A DNA stretch of 64,000 bases from Candidatus Poseidoniaceae archaeon (GTDB taxonomy: Archaea; Thermoplasmatota; Poseidoniia; Poseidoniales; Poseidoniaceae), in assembly GCA_965662895.1 (NCBI GenBank), contig CBFIJH010000001.1, positions 1 through 64,000 of the forward strand, read 5' to 3'. Of this stretch, positions 49,775-59,365 are shown one piece after another. Both the position numbers and the translations under genes were made by a program. Position 1 is the stretch's first letter. Every line of letters starts with the position of its first letter. Below the pieces are notes generated by a model, which searched no databases, was not told the origin of the DNA, and saw nothing but the letters and a program-made list of their open reading frames with translations.

Positions 49775-51310
49775 ATGTCAAAAAACCACAAAACAAGAAC
49801 ATTCTTGGTTTTGGGTTTTCTGCTTGTGTTGTACATTCAACCTGCTTTTGCTGATAATACAAATCCAACCTCAGGACAAATTGTATTCGATCAACAAGAT
49901 GGTTTTCACGTTGATTCAGGATTGAACATTTCTGGGCAATCGGATGTTCGCCTCACATCAATCGAAATTCAATTATGGAACATTTCCATGCCTGACCAGT
50001 GGTCACTCGTAGCCTCAAGTTCATATCTCGATGTAGTCGTCCCATACACGGATACGGAAACTGAGGCTACCATGTGGTCTTGGCAACACTTCTTTGACAC
50101 TGAAGATATGGACTGCACGTGCTATGTGGAGATATCCCACATGGATCAAACCGATCGACGATCGTTTGGAGTCGTTGTGTATGTGGGGGATGATCATCAT
50201 AGAATCGTGTTGCGCGAAGCCCCTTCGATAGAATCGAATCTTGCGTATTCAACGAAGATTTACAATTCAAATCGAATGAATTTGGAATTTGACGTTCTCA
50301 TGCCTCCGTCTCAAAATGAACCATCATTGACAGAGGAAAATAGCATCCTGCCTATTGTACGTATTTGTCCGGTTTCAAGCGGTATATGTTTGACGAATTA
50401 CTCAACAATTGCAACTACCGAGATAACATTTGAAAACAACCTGCAGATTGTCATTGATGCAAATATCAATCAAATTTCTGATGGATTCTATTCGCTACAG
50501 GTTCAAATCCAAGATAAGTTCTTGACGTTATCAAACAACATAACCGATTTTATCATTCTTGATCAAACAAGTCCTACAGTGACATTGACTGCTGTTGATT
50601 CGGCTGAGGAATCTGAATTCATCGTAGTTGACATTGATGTCGATGATTCCTACAGTGGTTCAAGTTTTACGATGACGTGGACCATCACTGAGCCGAATGG
50701 TACGCAACGTTCTATTTCTGAATCTGAACTTCTGCAAGATAACCGACTCGGATTTGAAACAAAGAATTCAGGGACATACAAAGTCAATGCACTCGTTCGA
50801 GACTTGGGTGGAAATTTGGTCGTTGTTAGTCACAATGTAACCGTTGAGAACGTACCGCCAACACCGCAGATGCGATACGATGGTTTTCTGGTCCTCAACG
50901 GTTCGAGCGTAACCATTCCTGATTTCGACAATTGGGTGTTTAGTGCGAATGAAACATCCGATTCAGAGAACGATCTGAATTCGTTGGAGTATTACTGGTA
51001 CGTCGATGGGAAATCACTGTTAAGCGGCAAATCATTCCTCGCTTCTTCGGACATTGATTCATTGAATTTCAATGAGATACGTCTTGAGGTTGTTGACAAC
51101 GACGGTGTTTCAGTGAATCTGTCGTTTTTTGTTACCGAACAAATGGTCGAATCAAAATCTTCGTACAGTGAATCAACCCTCGTATCGGCGATCACGCTCT
51201 TTTTCATACTCTTCGTTGTCATCACCGTCTTGTTGTACCGCAAGGCTCAGTCCGATACCAATTCTGAGTTCGTAAAATGGACGAAACGTAGTGAAGAGCA
51301 AAAGAATTGA
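49775..51310 (+). CDS. exported Ig/PKD-like protein with C-terminal TM
   Basis: Signal peptide ending PAFA; FSANETSDSEND...YYWYVDG, LEVVDNDG; TM AITLFFILFVVITVLLY. Confidence 0.72.
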   Translation: MSKNHKTRTFLVLGFLLVLYIQPAFADNTNPTSGQIVFDQQDGFHVDSGLNISGQSDVRLTSIEIQLWNISMPDQWSLVASSSYLDVVVPYTDTETEATMWSWQHFFDTEDMDCTCYVEISHMDQTDRRSFGVVVYVGDDHHRIVLREAPSIESNLAYSTKIYNSNRMNLEFDVLMPPSQNEPSLTEENSILPIVRICPVSSGICLTNYSTIATTEITFENNLQIVIDANINQISDGFYSLQVQIQDKFLTLSNNITDFIILDQTSPTVTLTAVDSAEESEFIVVDIDVDDSYSGSSFTMTWTITEPNGTQRSISESELLQDNRLGFETKNSGTYKVNALVRDLGGNLVVVSHNVTVENVPPTPQMRYDGFLVLNGSSVTIPDFDNWVFSANETSDSENDLNSLEYYWYVDGKSLLSGKSFLASSDIDSLNFNEIRLEVVDNDGVSVNLSFFVTEQMVESKSSYSESTLVSAITLFFILFVVITVLLYRKAQSDTNSEFVKWTKRSEEQKN

Positions 51311-51339
51311 TTAAAAAACCGTCACGTTGTCGTAGCAGT

Positions 51340-52716
51340 ATGAGTACGATGTTCGAGGCAGCATTCCAGACTTTGCCCGAAAAGCCAGCTCCGATAGCAA
51401 AGGAGGTATACATAAAGCGTCAGAACCGCCTACTTTCTCAACTTGATGTTGGAGATCTTGTCATCATCCCTTCTTTACCAGAAGCGACAAGAAGCAACGA
51501 TGTGCATTATCCATATCGCTCATCGAGTGATATGCTTTATCTCTGTGGTTGGAGCGACCCAGAAGCTATTCTGATTTTTTACCATGATGATGGTAAGTGG
51601 GTTTCACATTTGTTCGTTCAACCAAAGGATACATTGATGGAAATTTGGGAAGGACGTCGACCTGGTGTCGAGGGGGCTTTAGAAAATTGGCCAGTCGATA
51701 AAGCAGATTCATCCAGTGAAGTCTTGGAACATTTGGAGAAGATTCTCGAGTCAACGGTCCGAGTCCATCTTCGTACTGGAATTCACCAAGGTATTGATGT
51801 CCTCGTCCTTGCATCGGTTGAAAAACGGGACCGTAAGCGCCAACATTTTGGTAGCGGCCCAATTAGTATCGAAGACCCAAGCCGTCGCATCGCAGAAATG
51901 CGTCTACGAAAATCAGAGGAAGAAATCGAACAGATGCGATACGCTGCTGAGGTTTCTTCAAAAGCGCACGAATTGGCCATGGCCGCAAGCAAAGATGGCA
52001 TTCATGAATATCAAATTCAATCGATTATTGAAGGATTCTTTGTTTACGGAGGGACAAGTGGTTGGGCTTATCCCTCAATCGTCGGTTGTGGAGAAAATGC
52101 TACCATCTTGCATTATACAGTCAACGATGCCCCTTGTGCCAACGATGAAATTATTCTGATTGATGCTGGTGCAGAATACAAAGGTTATGCGGCTGATATT
52201 ACACGTTCCTGGCCGATTGGAGGAACCTTTAGCGATGCTCAGAAGGAAATCTATGAGATCGTCCTCGATGCTCAAGAAAAAGCCATTGATGCTTGCAGGC
52301 CGGGGAATCCCTACAACATGCCACATGAAGTCGCATGCAAAGCGCTTGCTGAAGGTTTAATCCGTTTGGGAATCATCAACCAATCTCTTGAAGATGCTCT
52401 CGATATTGATACGGGTGAATTACGTAAATGGTACATGCACAATACAGGACATTGGCTAGGGTTGGATGTCCATGATGTTGGAACCTACAAGCCAGATGGA
52501 TCACCCCGACTCCTTGAACCAGGAATGGTGCTAACTGTTGAGCCTGGGCTTTACTTTGGCGCTTGGCGTCCAGATGTTGATTGTCCTGAGCGATACGCCA
52601 ACATTGGGATACGAATTGAAGATGATGTTCTCGTTACTGATGGTGAGCCAGACGTTCTTACTGCATCCTGTCCAAAAACAATTGATGATATTGAACGTAT
52701 TGTTGGAAGTAACTGA
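51340..52716 (+). CDS. pepP: Xaa-Pro aminopeptidase (M24B)
   Basis: RSNDVHYPYR, WEGRRPG, RLRKSEEE, ILHY, IDAGAEYKGYAADITR, HNTGHWLGLDVHD, TVEPGLY, GIRIEDDV. Confidence 0.94.
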   Translation: MSTMFEAAFQTLPEKPAPIAKEVYIKRQNRLLSQLDVGDLVIIPSLPEATRSNDVHYPYRSSSDMLYLCGWSDPEAILIFYHDDGKWVSHLFVQPKDTLMEIWEGRRPGVEGALENWPVDKADSSSEVLEHLEKILESTVRVHLRTGIHQGIDVLVLASVEKRDRKRQHFGSGPISIEDPSRRIAEMRLRKSEEEIEQMRYAAEVSSKAHELAMAASKDGIHEYQIQSIIEGFFVYGGTSGWAYPSIVGCGENATILHYTVNDAPCANDEIILIDAGAEYKGYAADITRSWPIGGTFSDAQKEIYEIVLDAQEKAIDACRPGNPYNMPHEVACKALAEGLIRLGIINQSLEDALDIDTGELRKWYMHNTGHWLGLDVHDVGTYKPDGSPRLLEPGMVLTVEPGLYFGAWRPDVDCPERYANIGIRIEDDVLVTDGEPDVLTASCPKTIDDIERIVGSN

Positions 52717-52725
52717 GGTGGCCGT

Positions 52726-53910
52726 ATGGCTTGGCAGGAAATTCTTCGACGCATCCAATCATCGAAAGAAATCTTCCGACTCACAATAGAAGAATGCATC
52801 GAATTGTACGACAACGCTCCCTTGCACTCACTGATGGCTGCTGCTCATTACAGAAGAAAGCTACACAACCCTAGAAATATTGTAACGTATCTCGTCGATC
52901 GTAACATCAATTACACGAACGTATGTACAATAAACTGCCAATTTTGTTCCTTCTATCGACCTCCAGGTCATGAAGAGACCTACACTCAATCCTACGAAGA
53001 GATACATCAACGAATACGAGAACTCGAGGAGATTGGAGGAAGTAGAATACTCATGCAAGGTGGCGTCAACCCCTCTCTTGAATTCAATTGGTACATCGAC
53101 CTCATCAAAGAACTACGAGTCCAACACCCCAACATCGATCTCGACTGCTTTTCTCCAATCGAAATCGAGGGCATCTCTGAGGTGACGGGGCTTACTACTG
53201 AGGAAGTACTGATTGAACTCAAAAATGCGGGAATGCATGGGTTACCTGGCGGTGGTGCAGAGATGTTGGTCGAAGGAGTTCGCAAAGATGTATCACCAAA
53301 AAAAGGCCATCCTGACAACTGGTTGAGGGTCATGTATGAGGCTCAACTCCTTGGTTTGACAACAAGTGCAACAAATGTGATTGGATTTGGTGAAACGAAT
53401 TCTGATCGCATTCAACATCTCGACCGAATCCGTACTCAGCAAGATAAAGTCGTCGAGAATGGACTCACTGGCTTCACCTCGTTTATTGCTTGGCCAGTGC
53501 AATTAGAGACCAATACATTTGGCAAACGCAATCGTGGTCAAAACAAATTCGAGCGTGGAGCTGGTTCAACAGAATATCTCCGACATGTCTCAATATCAAG
53601 ATTGTTTCTCGACAACATCAATCACATACAAGCCTCTTGGCCGACAATGGGAATGGGCATTGCTCAAATGGCACTTTTGGCGGGTGCAGATGATGCTGGT
53701 TCAACCATGATGGAGGAAAATGTTGTCTCAGCATCAGGGACTACAAAATTAAGTGCAACTGAATATGAACTTCAACTTTCTATTCGTCGTTCAGGATATG
53801 TCCCTCATCGAAGAGACAGTGATTACATTCTCCTCGATACGCCGGATGCGCTCAGTGATGCACCGGAAGTGATCTGTGCGCCACCGAATCAGGACGTTGA
53901 GTTGGTGTAG
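52726..53910 (+). CDS. mqnC: radical SAM enzyme of the CofH/MqnC family, probably dehypoxanthine futalosine cyclase
   Basis: DRNINYTNVCTINCQFCSFYR, ILMQGG, FSPIEI, PGGGAE, FIAW, HIQASWPTMG...GADDAGSTMMEENVVS. Confidence 0.78.
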   Translation: MAWQEILRRIQSSKEIFRLTIEECIELYDNAPLHSLMAAAHYRRKLHNPRNIVTYLVDRNINYTNVCTINCQFCSFYRPPGHEETYTQSYEEIHQRIRELEEIGGSRILMQGGVNPSLEFNWYIDLIKELRVQHPNIDLDCFSPIEIEGISEVTGLTTEEVLIELKNAGMHGLPGGGAEMLVEGVRKDVSPKKGHPDNWLRVMYEAQLLGLTTSATNVIGFGETNSDRIQHLDRIRTQQDKVVENGLTGFTSFIAWPVQLETNTFGKRNRGQNKFERGAGSTEYLRHVSISRLFLDNINHIQASWPTMGMGIAQMALLAGADDAGSTMMEENVVSASGTTKLSATEYELQLSIRRSGYVPHRRDSDYILLDTPDALSDAPEVICAPPNQDVELV

Positions 53911-56900
53911 AATACAACCCAGATTTCAGCAACAATGTTCCGACCACCTTTACTGGATTCCCCAGTTGGGTTGTATTCTTGACCGTTGAACAAACCTCTG
54001 TAGGTCAGTTCGTTGTTCTGTCCGTTCAGATCAACCCATGATGTGATGTCATATCTCCATTGTTTGACATCCTGACCTGCACACCAGCCTGCTCGTCCAT
54101 AAGGCCATGAACCAAATTGATTTGCAACAACGCCATTTTCAATTTCATTTTCACAGCCTGTGTTTGAATAAACAATTGGATGCCATTCATACGTATGGTG
54201 CGAAGCAAGGTAGTAATGATGTTGATGATCGCAAAACTCAGCACAATTTGCATCATCTTTTTGGAAACCATGTCCTGTAATTGTTGCAACAATTTCTACT
54301 CGGGTTGCTTCACTTGGAACTGTGAAATTCAAGCTGCGAACATACTTGCTCTCATTGTTGTAGGTGCCATCGAACTGACCTCCATTAAATCCAAAATCTG
54401 CATCGAAGGCTCGCTCACCACTTCCCCAGTTCGAGAAAAGAAATTTGATGGTCATATCTCCTTTGTTCGCACCTTTATATCGAAATCTGCGTTCTTGATC
54501 CTCCTCCAGCATGAACAAATAGGGGCTGATATCTGTCAGCCATCGACCCTCACGACCATAAGTCGTTATCCAACGCGTGAACTCCGTCCCGCAAGTTGAA
54601 AAATTGCTTGCCTCACATATGTAGAGATGTGCGAGATAATCCCATTCATGACATCCTCCATAGCCCCCATCGCTCTTTTGATATCGATTACTTCGCTCTT
54701 CACAAGCGTGTTCATGAAAGACCTCGAGGGTATCGTAGGAGCTCAAATTATTTGAGAGTGAGAAACTAGCGTTTCGATAGGAATTGTGGTTTGCTCCCCA
54801 TCCCCCTGAATGGCGCTCAAAATCATACAGAGTCACAACTTCAATTGCGGTATCCTGCATACGTATTTCAGGTTCAAACTCAGCGTTCCATTGATGAGGC
54901 TCATATGTGTAATGAAACGGATCATTTGATTGTGAAACCCAAGCATAGATTGAACCTGTATCGCGTGCCCTCTGGAAACGATCAATACCCATGAAAAATG
55001 GACTGTTGAAATTCGAAATCATTTGGCCTAAGCCACCTTGGATATTGCTTGCATCCATATCGATGTAATGGATTCGATCCTCCCATTTTTCTTCCTCATC
55101 AGGGTTTAAGCGTGCTTCAACATCGCTTTTTCTCGAAAGGATGTCACTGTGGTAGGATGTATCAAATGAACCATAAAACAGGTGAGTATTCTCTGGTAAA
55201 TTTCGAATGAATGTACCTGGATTCGTCGACCACGTCCCAGAATTTGAATTGCCGCTGCTATCGGTATACTTGAACATGAACAGATACACGTCGTGACCAG
55301 TCCATTCGTTTTGGAAATTGAATGTTCCATCGAGAGTTGGTACAGTGAACGTAGGAACAATCTCCATGGGACCATTAACAGATGAGCCTGAAGTCCATTG
55401 AATCGGTTTTTGTACGATTGCGCAACCTTCGACGTCAATGCTCCATTTTTGTGGACTATCTGGGCAAATATCGACATTTGCGAATACACCGTCACCGTCT
55501 AAATCTGCACAACCTGCAGCGTTTACCAGCAATCCGCTTGGCGTTCCTTCACATTCATCGAGGAGGTCATTCACGCCATCGACATCCGTGTCGCGTTCTA
55601 CGGCTGCACATCCGTATTGATCAATATCAACTGCTCCTAGTGGAGTTGTAGGGCATAAATCAAGGATAGCCCCCGTGCTATTGACATCGTTCACACTGTC
55701 ATTGTCATCATCAACGTCTTCGGTTGAGTCGTAGCATCCATCCATGTCGAAATCATTGACTTGACTTCGTTCAGATTCCCAGTTTGCGCGACCTTTAGGA
55801 CACAAATCTGTCGCATCGGTTTCTCCATCATTGTCATCATCATTGTCTTCAAGCAAATCATTGCATCCATCCTGGTCCCAATCGTTGTAGAAATTTGCAG
55901 GCCAGTTGATTTCGCCGTTGGTACAAGCGTCTTCCAAATCAGGTATTCCATCACCATCATCATCGTCGTCGTTGAGGTCATCATGGCACCCATCTTGGTC
56001 TCGATCATTTTCGAATGTACTCACCCAACCAATTGTGGAAGAACAACCATCATTGGCATCAGGAATTCCATCGTTATCATCATCCGAATCCTCATCAAAA
56101 TCACGACATCCATCTTGATCTGCATCACTTGCTGAATTGGATGCCCAACCATCAGACTCACCAAAACCTTCTGGGCAGGCATCCATTTGGTCGAGTATTC
56201 CATCACCGTCCATATCATCGTTGACTTCGATAATCACAGATATGTTGCGCACAGCATCTGAATTAGTATACTCGCCACATCGAGATAGGATTGAGACTTG
56301 AAATGACTGTGTCCTTAAATCCAATTCACTAAGCACAAACGTAAATGATCCATCCGATTGTAAAGAGAAGGTGTTTGTTGTTGTGGAAAGGTCTTCTTGT
56401 TGAACAACCAATTCTGCATCGCAGGTCTCGATACTCTGATGCAGAATTTGCCCTTGAAGGACGATAATCGAGGACTCAGCAACCAGATATTGTGGCGCAA
56501 TGATTGAAACACTTCCCTCATCAGGTACGAGAACATTCACGGTATTGGATAACAGAATTTCATCTCCTACCGAAGGCCGAATTTTCACATCAATCACATA
56601 CGTTCCCGGCGATGTTGGTAAAAATACAATGGAAATATGTGTTGACCGTGATGATACACTCCAATCGGATGGATTGATTGAGATTCCATCTCGTGCGATA
56701 TCCACAACGGTTTCGAACGTCCCTTCTCCTGTGGTTTCAAGAAGAATTTGCCTTTCGATGATTTCACCGAGTTCACCGTTCGGGGAAATCACATCCCACG
56801 ATGCGGCAATGGTGTAGGGTATTGGTTCTGGTTGCTCTTCCGCTGGCTCAGTTTTCGAATCTGCTGCACCAAAGCATCCAGAACACATCAATATTGACAG

Positions 56901-56930
56901 GAAAATTGCCACGAAGGTCTTGTTGCGCAT
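53889..56930 (-). CDS. surface lipoprotein: TSP3-like Ca repeats plus C-terminal peptide-N-glycosidase F-like domain
   Basis: Lipobox-like LMCSGC; DxDxDGCxD/DxCP repeats; CHEWDY, EFTRWIT, ITGHG, CAEFC, NQFGSWPYGRAGWC. Confidence 0.8.
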   Translation of the reverse strand: MRNKTFVAIFLSILMCSGCFGAADSKTEPAEEQPEPIPYTIAASWDVISPNGELGEIIERQILLETTGEGTFETVVDIARDGISINPSDWSVSSRSTHISIVFLPTSPGTYVIDVKIRPSVGDEILLSNTVNVLVPDEGSVSIIAPQYLVAESSIIVLQGQILHQSIETCDAELVVQQEDLSTTTNTFSLQSDGSFTFVLSELDLRTQSFQVSILSRCGEYTNSDAVRNISVIIEVNDDMDGDGILDQMDACPEGFGESDGWASNSASDADQDGCRDFDEDSDDDNDGIPDANDGCSSTIGWVSTFENDRDQDGCHDDLNDDDDDGDGIPDLEDACTNGEINWPANFYNDWDQDGCNDLLEDNDDDNDGETDATDLCPKGRANWESERSQVNDFDMDGCYDSTEDVDDDNDSVNDVNSTGAILDLCPTTPLGAVDIDQYGCAAVERDTDVDGVNDLLDECEGTPSGLLVNAAGCADLDGDGVFANVDICPDSPQKWSIDVEGCAIVQKPIQWTSGSSVNGPMEIVPTFTVPTLDGTFNFQNEWTGHDVYLFMFKYTDSSGNSNSGTWSTNPGTFIRNLPENTHLFYGSFDTSYHSDILSRKSDVEARLNPDEEEKWEDRIHYIDMDASNIQGGLGQMISNFNSPFFMGIDRFQRARDTGSIYAWVSQSNDPFHYTYEPHQWNAEFEPEIRMQDTAIEVVTLYDFERHSGGWGANHNSYRNASFSLSNNLSSYDTLEVFHEHACEERSNRYQKSDGGYGGCHEWDYLAHLYICEASNFSTCGTEFTRWITTYGREGRWLTDISPYLFMLEEDQERRFRYKGANKGDMTIKFLFSNWGSGERAFDADFGFNGGQFDGTYNNESKYVRSLNFTVPSEATRVEIVATITGHGFQKDDANCAEFCDHQHHYYLASHHTYEWHPIVYSNTGCENEIENGVVANQFGSWPYGRAGWCAGQDVKQWRYDITSWVDLNGQNNELTYRGLFNGQEYNPTGESSKGGRNIVAEIWVVFYTNSTS

Positions 56931-56960
56931 GGCTGGTACAAGTCTCACAACAACATGAAC

Positions 56961-58094
56961 CTAACGTAAGCCAATGTAGAGTTGTTCTGTTCTTGGGTCA
57001 TTGATATCGAGGTTTTCTAAGTGCACGAGTTGATTTGGAAATCTGACGCGTATAGGGCAAACCCAGAGAAGTGGCATTTGTTTTTCCCGTTTTATTTTGA
57101 GAATAAATTCCCAATGGATTCTGTGCAGGCCTGTATTTACCGTACCAGGCCACAATTCTTGCGGAGGTGGAATGGAAAACGATCCATCTTCATCGACCTG
57201 TGCTTGCCCGCCTTGTGCAGAAAACCGCATTGGCCGCAAGAAGACTCCGCCTTGAATGTCTTGACGTTCAAGAGGAGAGTCTTCCCCTCCCGCAGTACCA
57301 TCATCGAGGCCAGATTCCCAATGGTGGGGTAGAGGCGTCGAGAGTCCAACGGGTGGCTGTGAATGTTCAGTTGTCTCTGAGATCTTGATGAGGGCATCTC
57401 GAGAGGGTGGTAGTGTACCAACCTGCAAATGTGCAGTCATTGATGTCCAACCTGGTAATTTCTCAGGAATCTGAATCGTGCCATCCAAGGTTTCACCACT
57501 GACGATTGGTACTGAAAAGCTGACGGATGGTTGACGAACCGGTGAACGAAAGAAGTCTTGTTGGCGTTTCAAATCGATGAAATTGGCAATGATACGTAAC
57601 ACAATTGGCAGCATTAACACCGGCACAACAATGATGCTCAATATCGGATAATCGAGAAGTCCAACCTGAACACTCTTTGTTCCAATACTTGGTATTCCTA
57701 GTTCACTGAGAATAGGTTCTATGAATAGATAAACCAATGTGGACAGGAGGAGTATCACGGCAGCACTAACCATGTTACGTGAGTAGCGATGGAGGTTGTT
57801 TGGTAAAATGTACCAACCGGTACGTTGCTCACCGACGAGTTTTACAAAATCTCCATCATCTTCGAGTTTCTTCGTTGTGCCCTCGAAACCTTTCCCATTT
57901 TCGTCTTCGATGATGCGCTCGATCAACCAGCCATCAGGACTACTGATTTTGTATGGCGGCAATCGACGCATGACCTCGTCTTTTGTCAGATTAGCTTCGA
58001 TGACTTTTTCGGAAATTGGAGCAGCCTTAGGATGAATCCGCTTGTCGTCGAATGGAGGATAACGGACACGATGAAGAATTGTCCATTTCGTCAT
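56961..58094 (-). CDS. hypothetical membrane protein (2 TM)
   Basis: Long ORF, two hydrophobic segments, co-oriented between GGR and the lipoprotein. Confidence 0.7.
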   Translation of the reverse strand: MTKWTILHRVRYPPFDDKRIHPKAAPISEKVIEANLTKDEVMRRLPPYKISSPDGWLIERIIEDENGKGFEGTTKKLEDDGDFVKLVGEQRTGWYILPNNLHRYSRNMVSAAVILLLSTLVYLFIEPILSELGIPSIGTKSVQVGLLDYPILSIIVVPVLMLPIVLRIIANFIDLKRQQDFFRSPVRQPSVSFSVPIVSGETLDGTIQIPEKLPGWTSMTAHLQVGTLPPSRDALIKISETTEHSQPPVGLSTPLPHHWESGLDDGTAGGEDSPLERQDIQGGVFLRPMRFSAQGGQAQVDEDGSFSIPPPQELWPGTVNTGLHRIHWEFILKIKREKQMPLLWVCPIRVRFPNQLVHLENLDINDPRTEQLYIGLR

Positions 58095-58104
58095 ATTTTC
58101 GACC

Positions 58105-59322
58105 TCATGTGAACAGGAGTTTAACACCCGCTTGCAACGCGAGTTTTCTGAATGCAGGTACTTTTTTTAGCAACGCTAAACCCAAAGGAACTGGCTTTTC
58201 AATGTCTCCGATTTCGTTGATGAGTGAAATAACTTCTGGCTTCGCAAAATTCGCAAAGTGGTTGTCAAGTTCCTCATCGGTGCGAGTCGAGACAAGCAGA
58301 TCTCTTAGCGCTCGGGCTCTATCTTGTTCTTTCTTCATTTTTGGCCATGATTTCTTCGTTATTGACTTGAGATCTCTCTCTGACAACTGGTTTTGTTTTA
58401 CTTTTTTAACCAGTTCTTCAACTATTGAAGAAATTTGTTTGAAGCCTGGGCCCAATCCACCCCCAGTTGTTGGTTTTGCCATGCCTGCTGCATCACCAAG
58501 AACAAGTACACGGTTTTTGAACGGCTTTCGTACCATACCGGAGGGTACTGGGCCACAATAGCGAGCAGTCTCCGTAATGTTTTCAAATCGGTCCTTCCAA
58601 AGTGGGTGTTGAAGAAGGTCATTGTAGCAATCAAGAACCGTTCGCCCATCAAGTAAATCGGCTTTGGACCACAAACCAATCCTGTGTGTTTCATTTCCAG
58701 ATGGAATAACCCATGCAAAAAACCCGGGTGCAATCTCTGAACCACTGTACATCTCGAGCCATCGGTCTTTGCCCTTGTATCCGACGACTTCGGTTTGGAA
58801 ACCGACCATCATTTCGTTCGGGTAACCCATCTTGAATCGCCTACGAACCCAAGAGTGTGCACCATCACAACCAATGAGGAGTTTTGCGCTTAGAGTTGTT
58901 TCTTCGTTGGTGCGTTGATGGAGGATGGTGACTTCAACACCGTTTTCATTCACATCTGCAGATATTGGTTGTGATTCTAAGACAAGATCGGACCCAGCTT
59001 CAAGGCCTTGTTGAACAACCGTTTGATCGAACCGTTTTCGACAGACAACGTATGTTCGTAACTCTCCCTCTCGACCAACAGGAACAAGGGTTCCCGATGG
59101 GCCATGAATTAACGCTCCATCAACGTCTTCAACCACTGTGTCGTATGCTTCGACTGCATCCATTGCACTTGGTGTCACCAATCCAGCACATTGAAACGGT
59201 CGCCCAACTTCATTGTGCTCTTCGACCATGAGAACAGAGAGTCCACGCTCACAAAGGAGTCGTGCAGCGTATCCTCCGACCGGACCAGCGCCGATAATGA
59301 TGACGTCGTAGTCATAGGCCAT
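58105..59322 (-). CDS. geranylgeranyl reductase family FAD oxidoreductase (DGGGPL reductase-like)
   Basis: DVIIIGAGPVG, GRPFQCAG, RKRFDQ, IGCDGAHS, APGFFAWVIP, GDAAGMAKPTTGGG. Confidence 0.88.
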   Translation of the reverse strand: MAYDYDVIIIGAGPVGGYAARLLCERGLSVLMVEEHNEVGRPFQCAGLVTPSAMDAVEAYDTVVEDVDGALIHGPSGTLVPVGREGELRTYVVCRKRFDQTVVQQGLEAGSDLVLESQPISADVNENGVEVTILHQRTNEETTLSAKLLIGCDGAHSWVRRRFKMGYPNEMMVGFQTEVVGYKGKDRWLEMYSGSEIAPGFFAWVIPSGNETHRIGLWSKADLLDGRTVLDCYNDLLQHPLWKDRFENITETARYCGPVPSGMVRKPFKNRVLVLGDAAGMAKPTTGGGLGPGFKQISSIVEELVKKVKQNQLSERDLKSITKKSWPKMKKEQDRARALRDLLVSTRTDEELDNHFANFAKPEVISLINEIGDIEKPVPLGLALLKKVPAFRKLALQAGVKLLFT

Positions 59323-59365
59323 GTTCGATAGCGGTGGACCGAACTTCAAGAAGTTTCTTCTCTAT

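Noticed and set aside
46611-56300. Repetitive GAT/GAC/GGT-rich DNA as CRISPR or tandem repeats
   Set aside because: Explained by protein-level DxDxDG repeats with synonymous divergence; no constant repeat-spacer period and no cas genes
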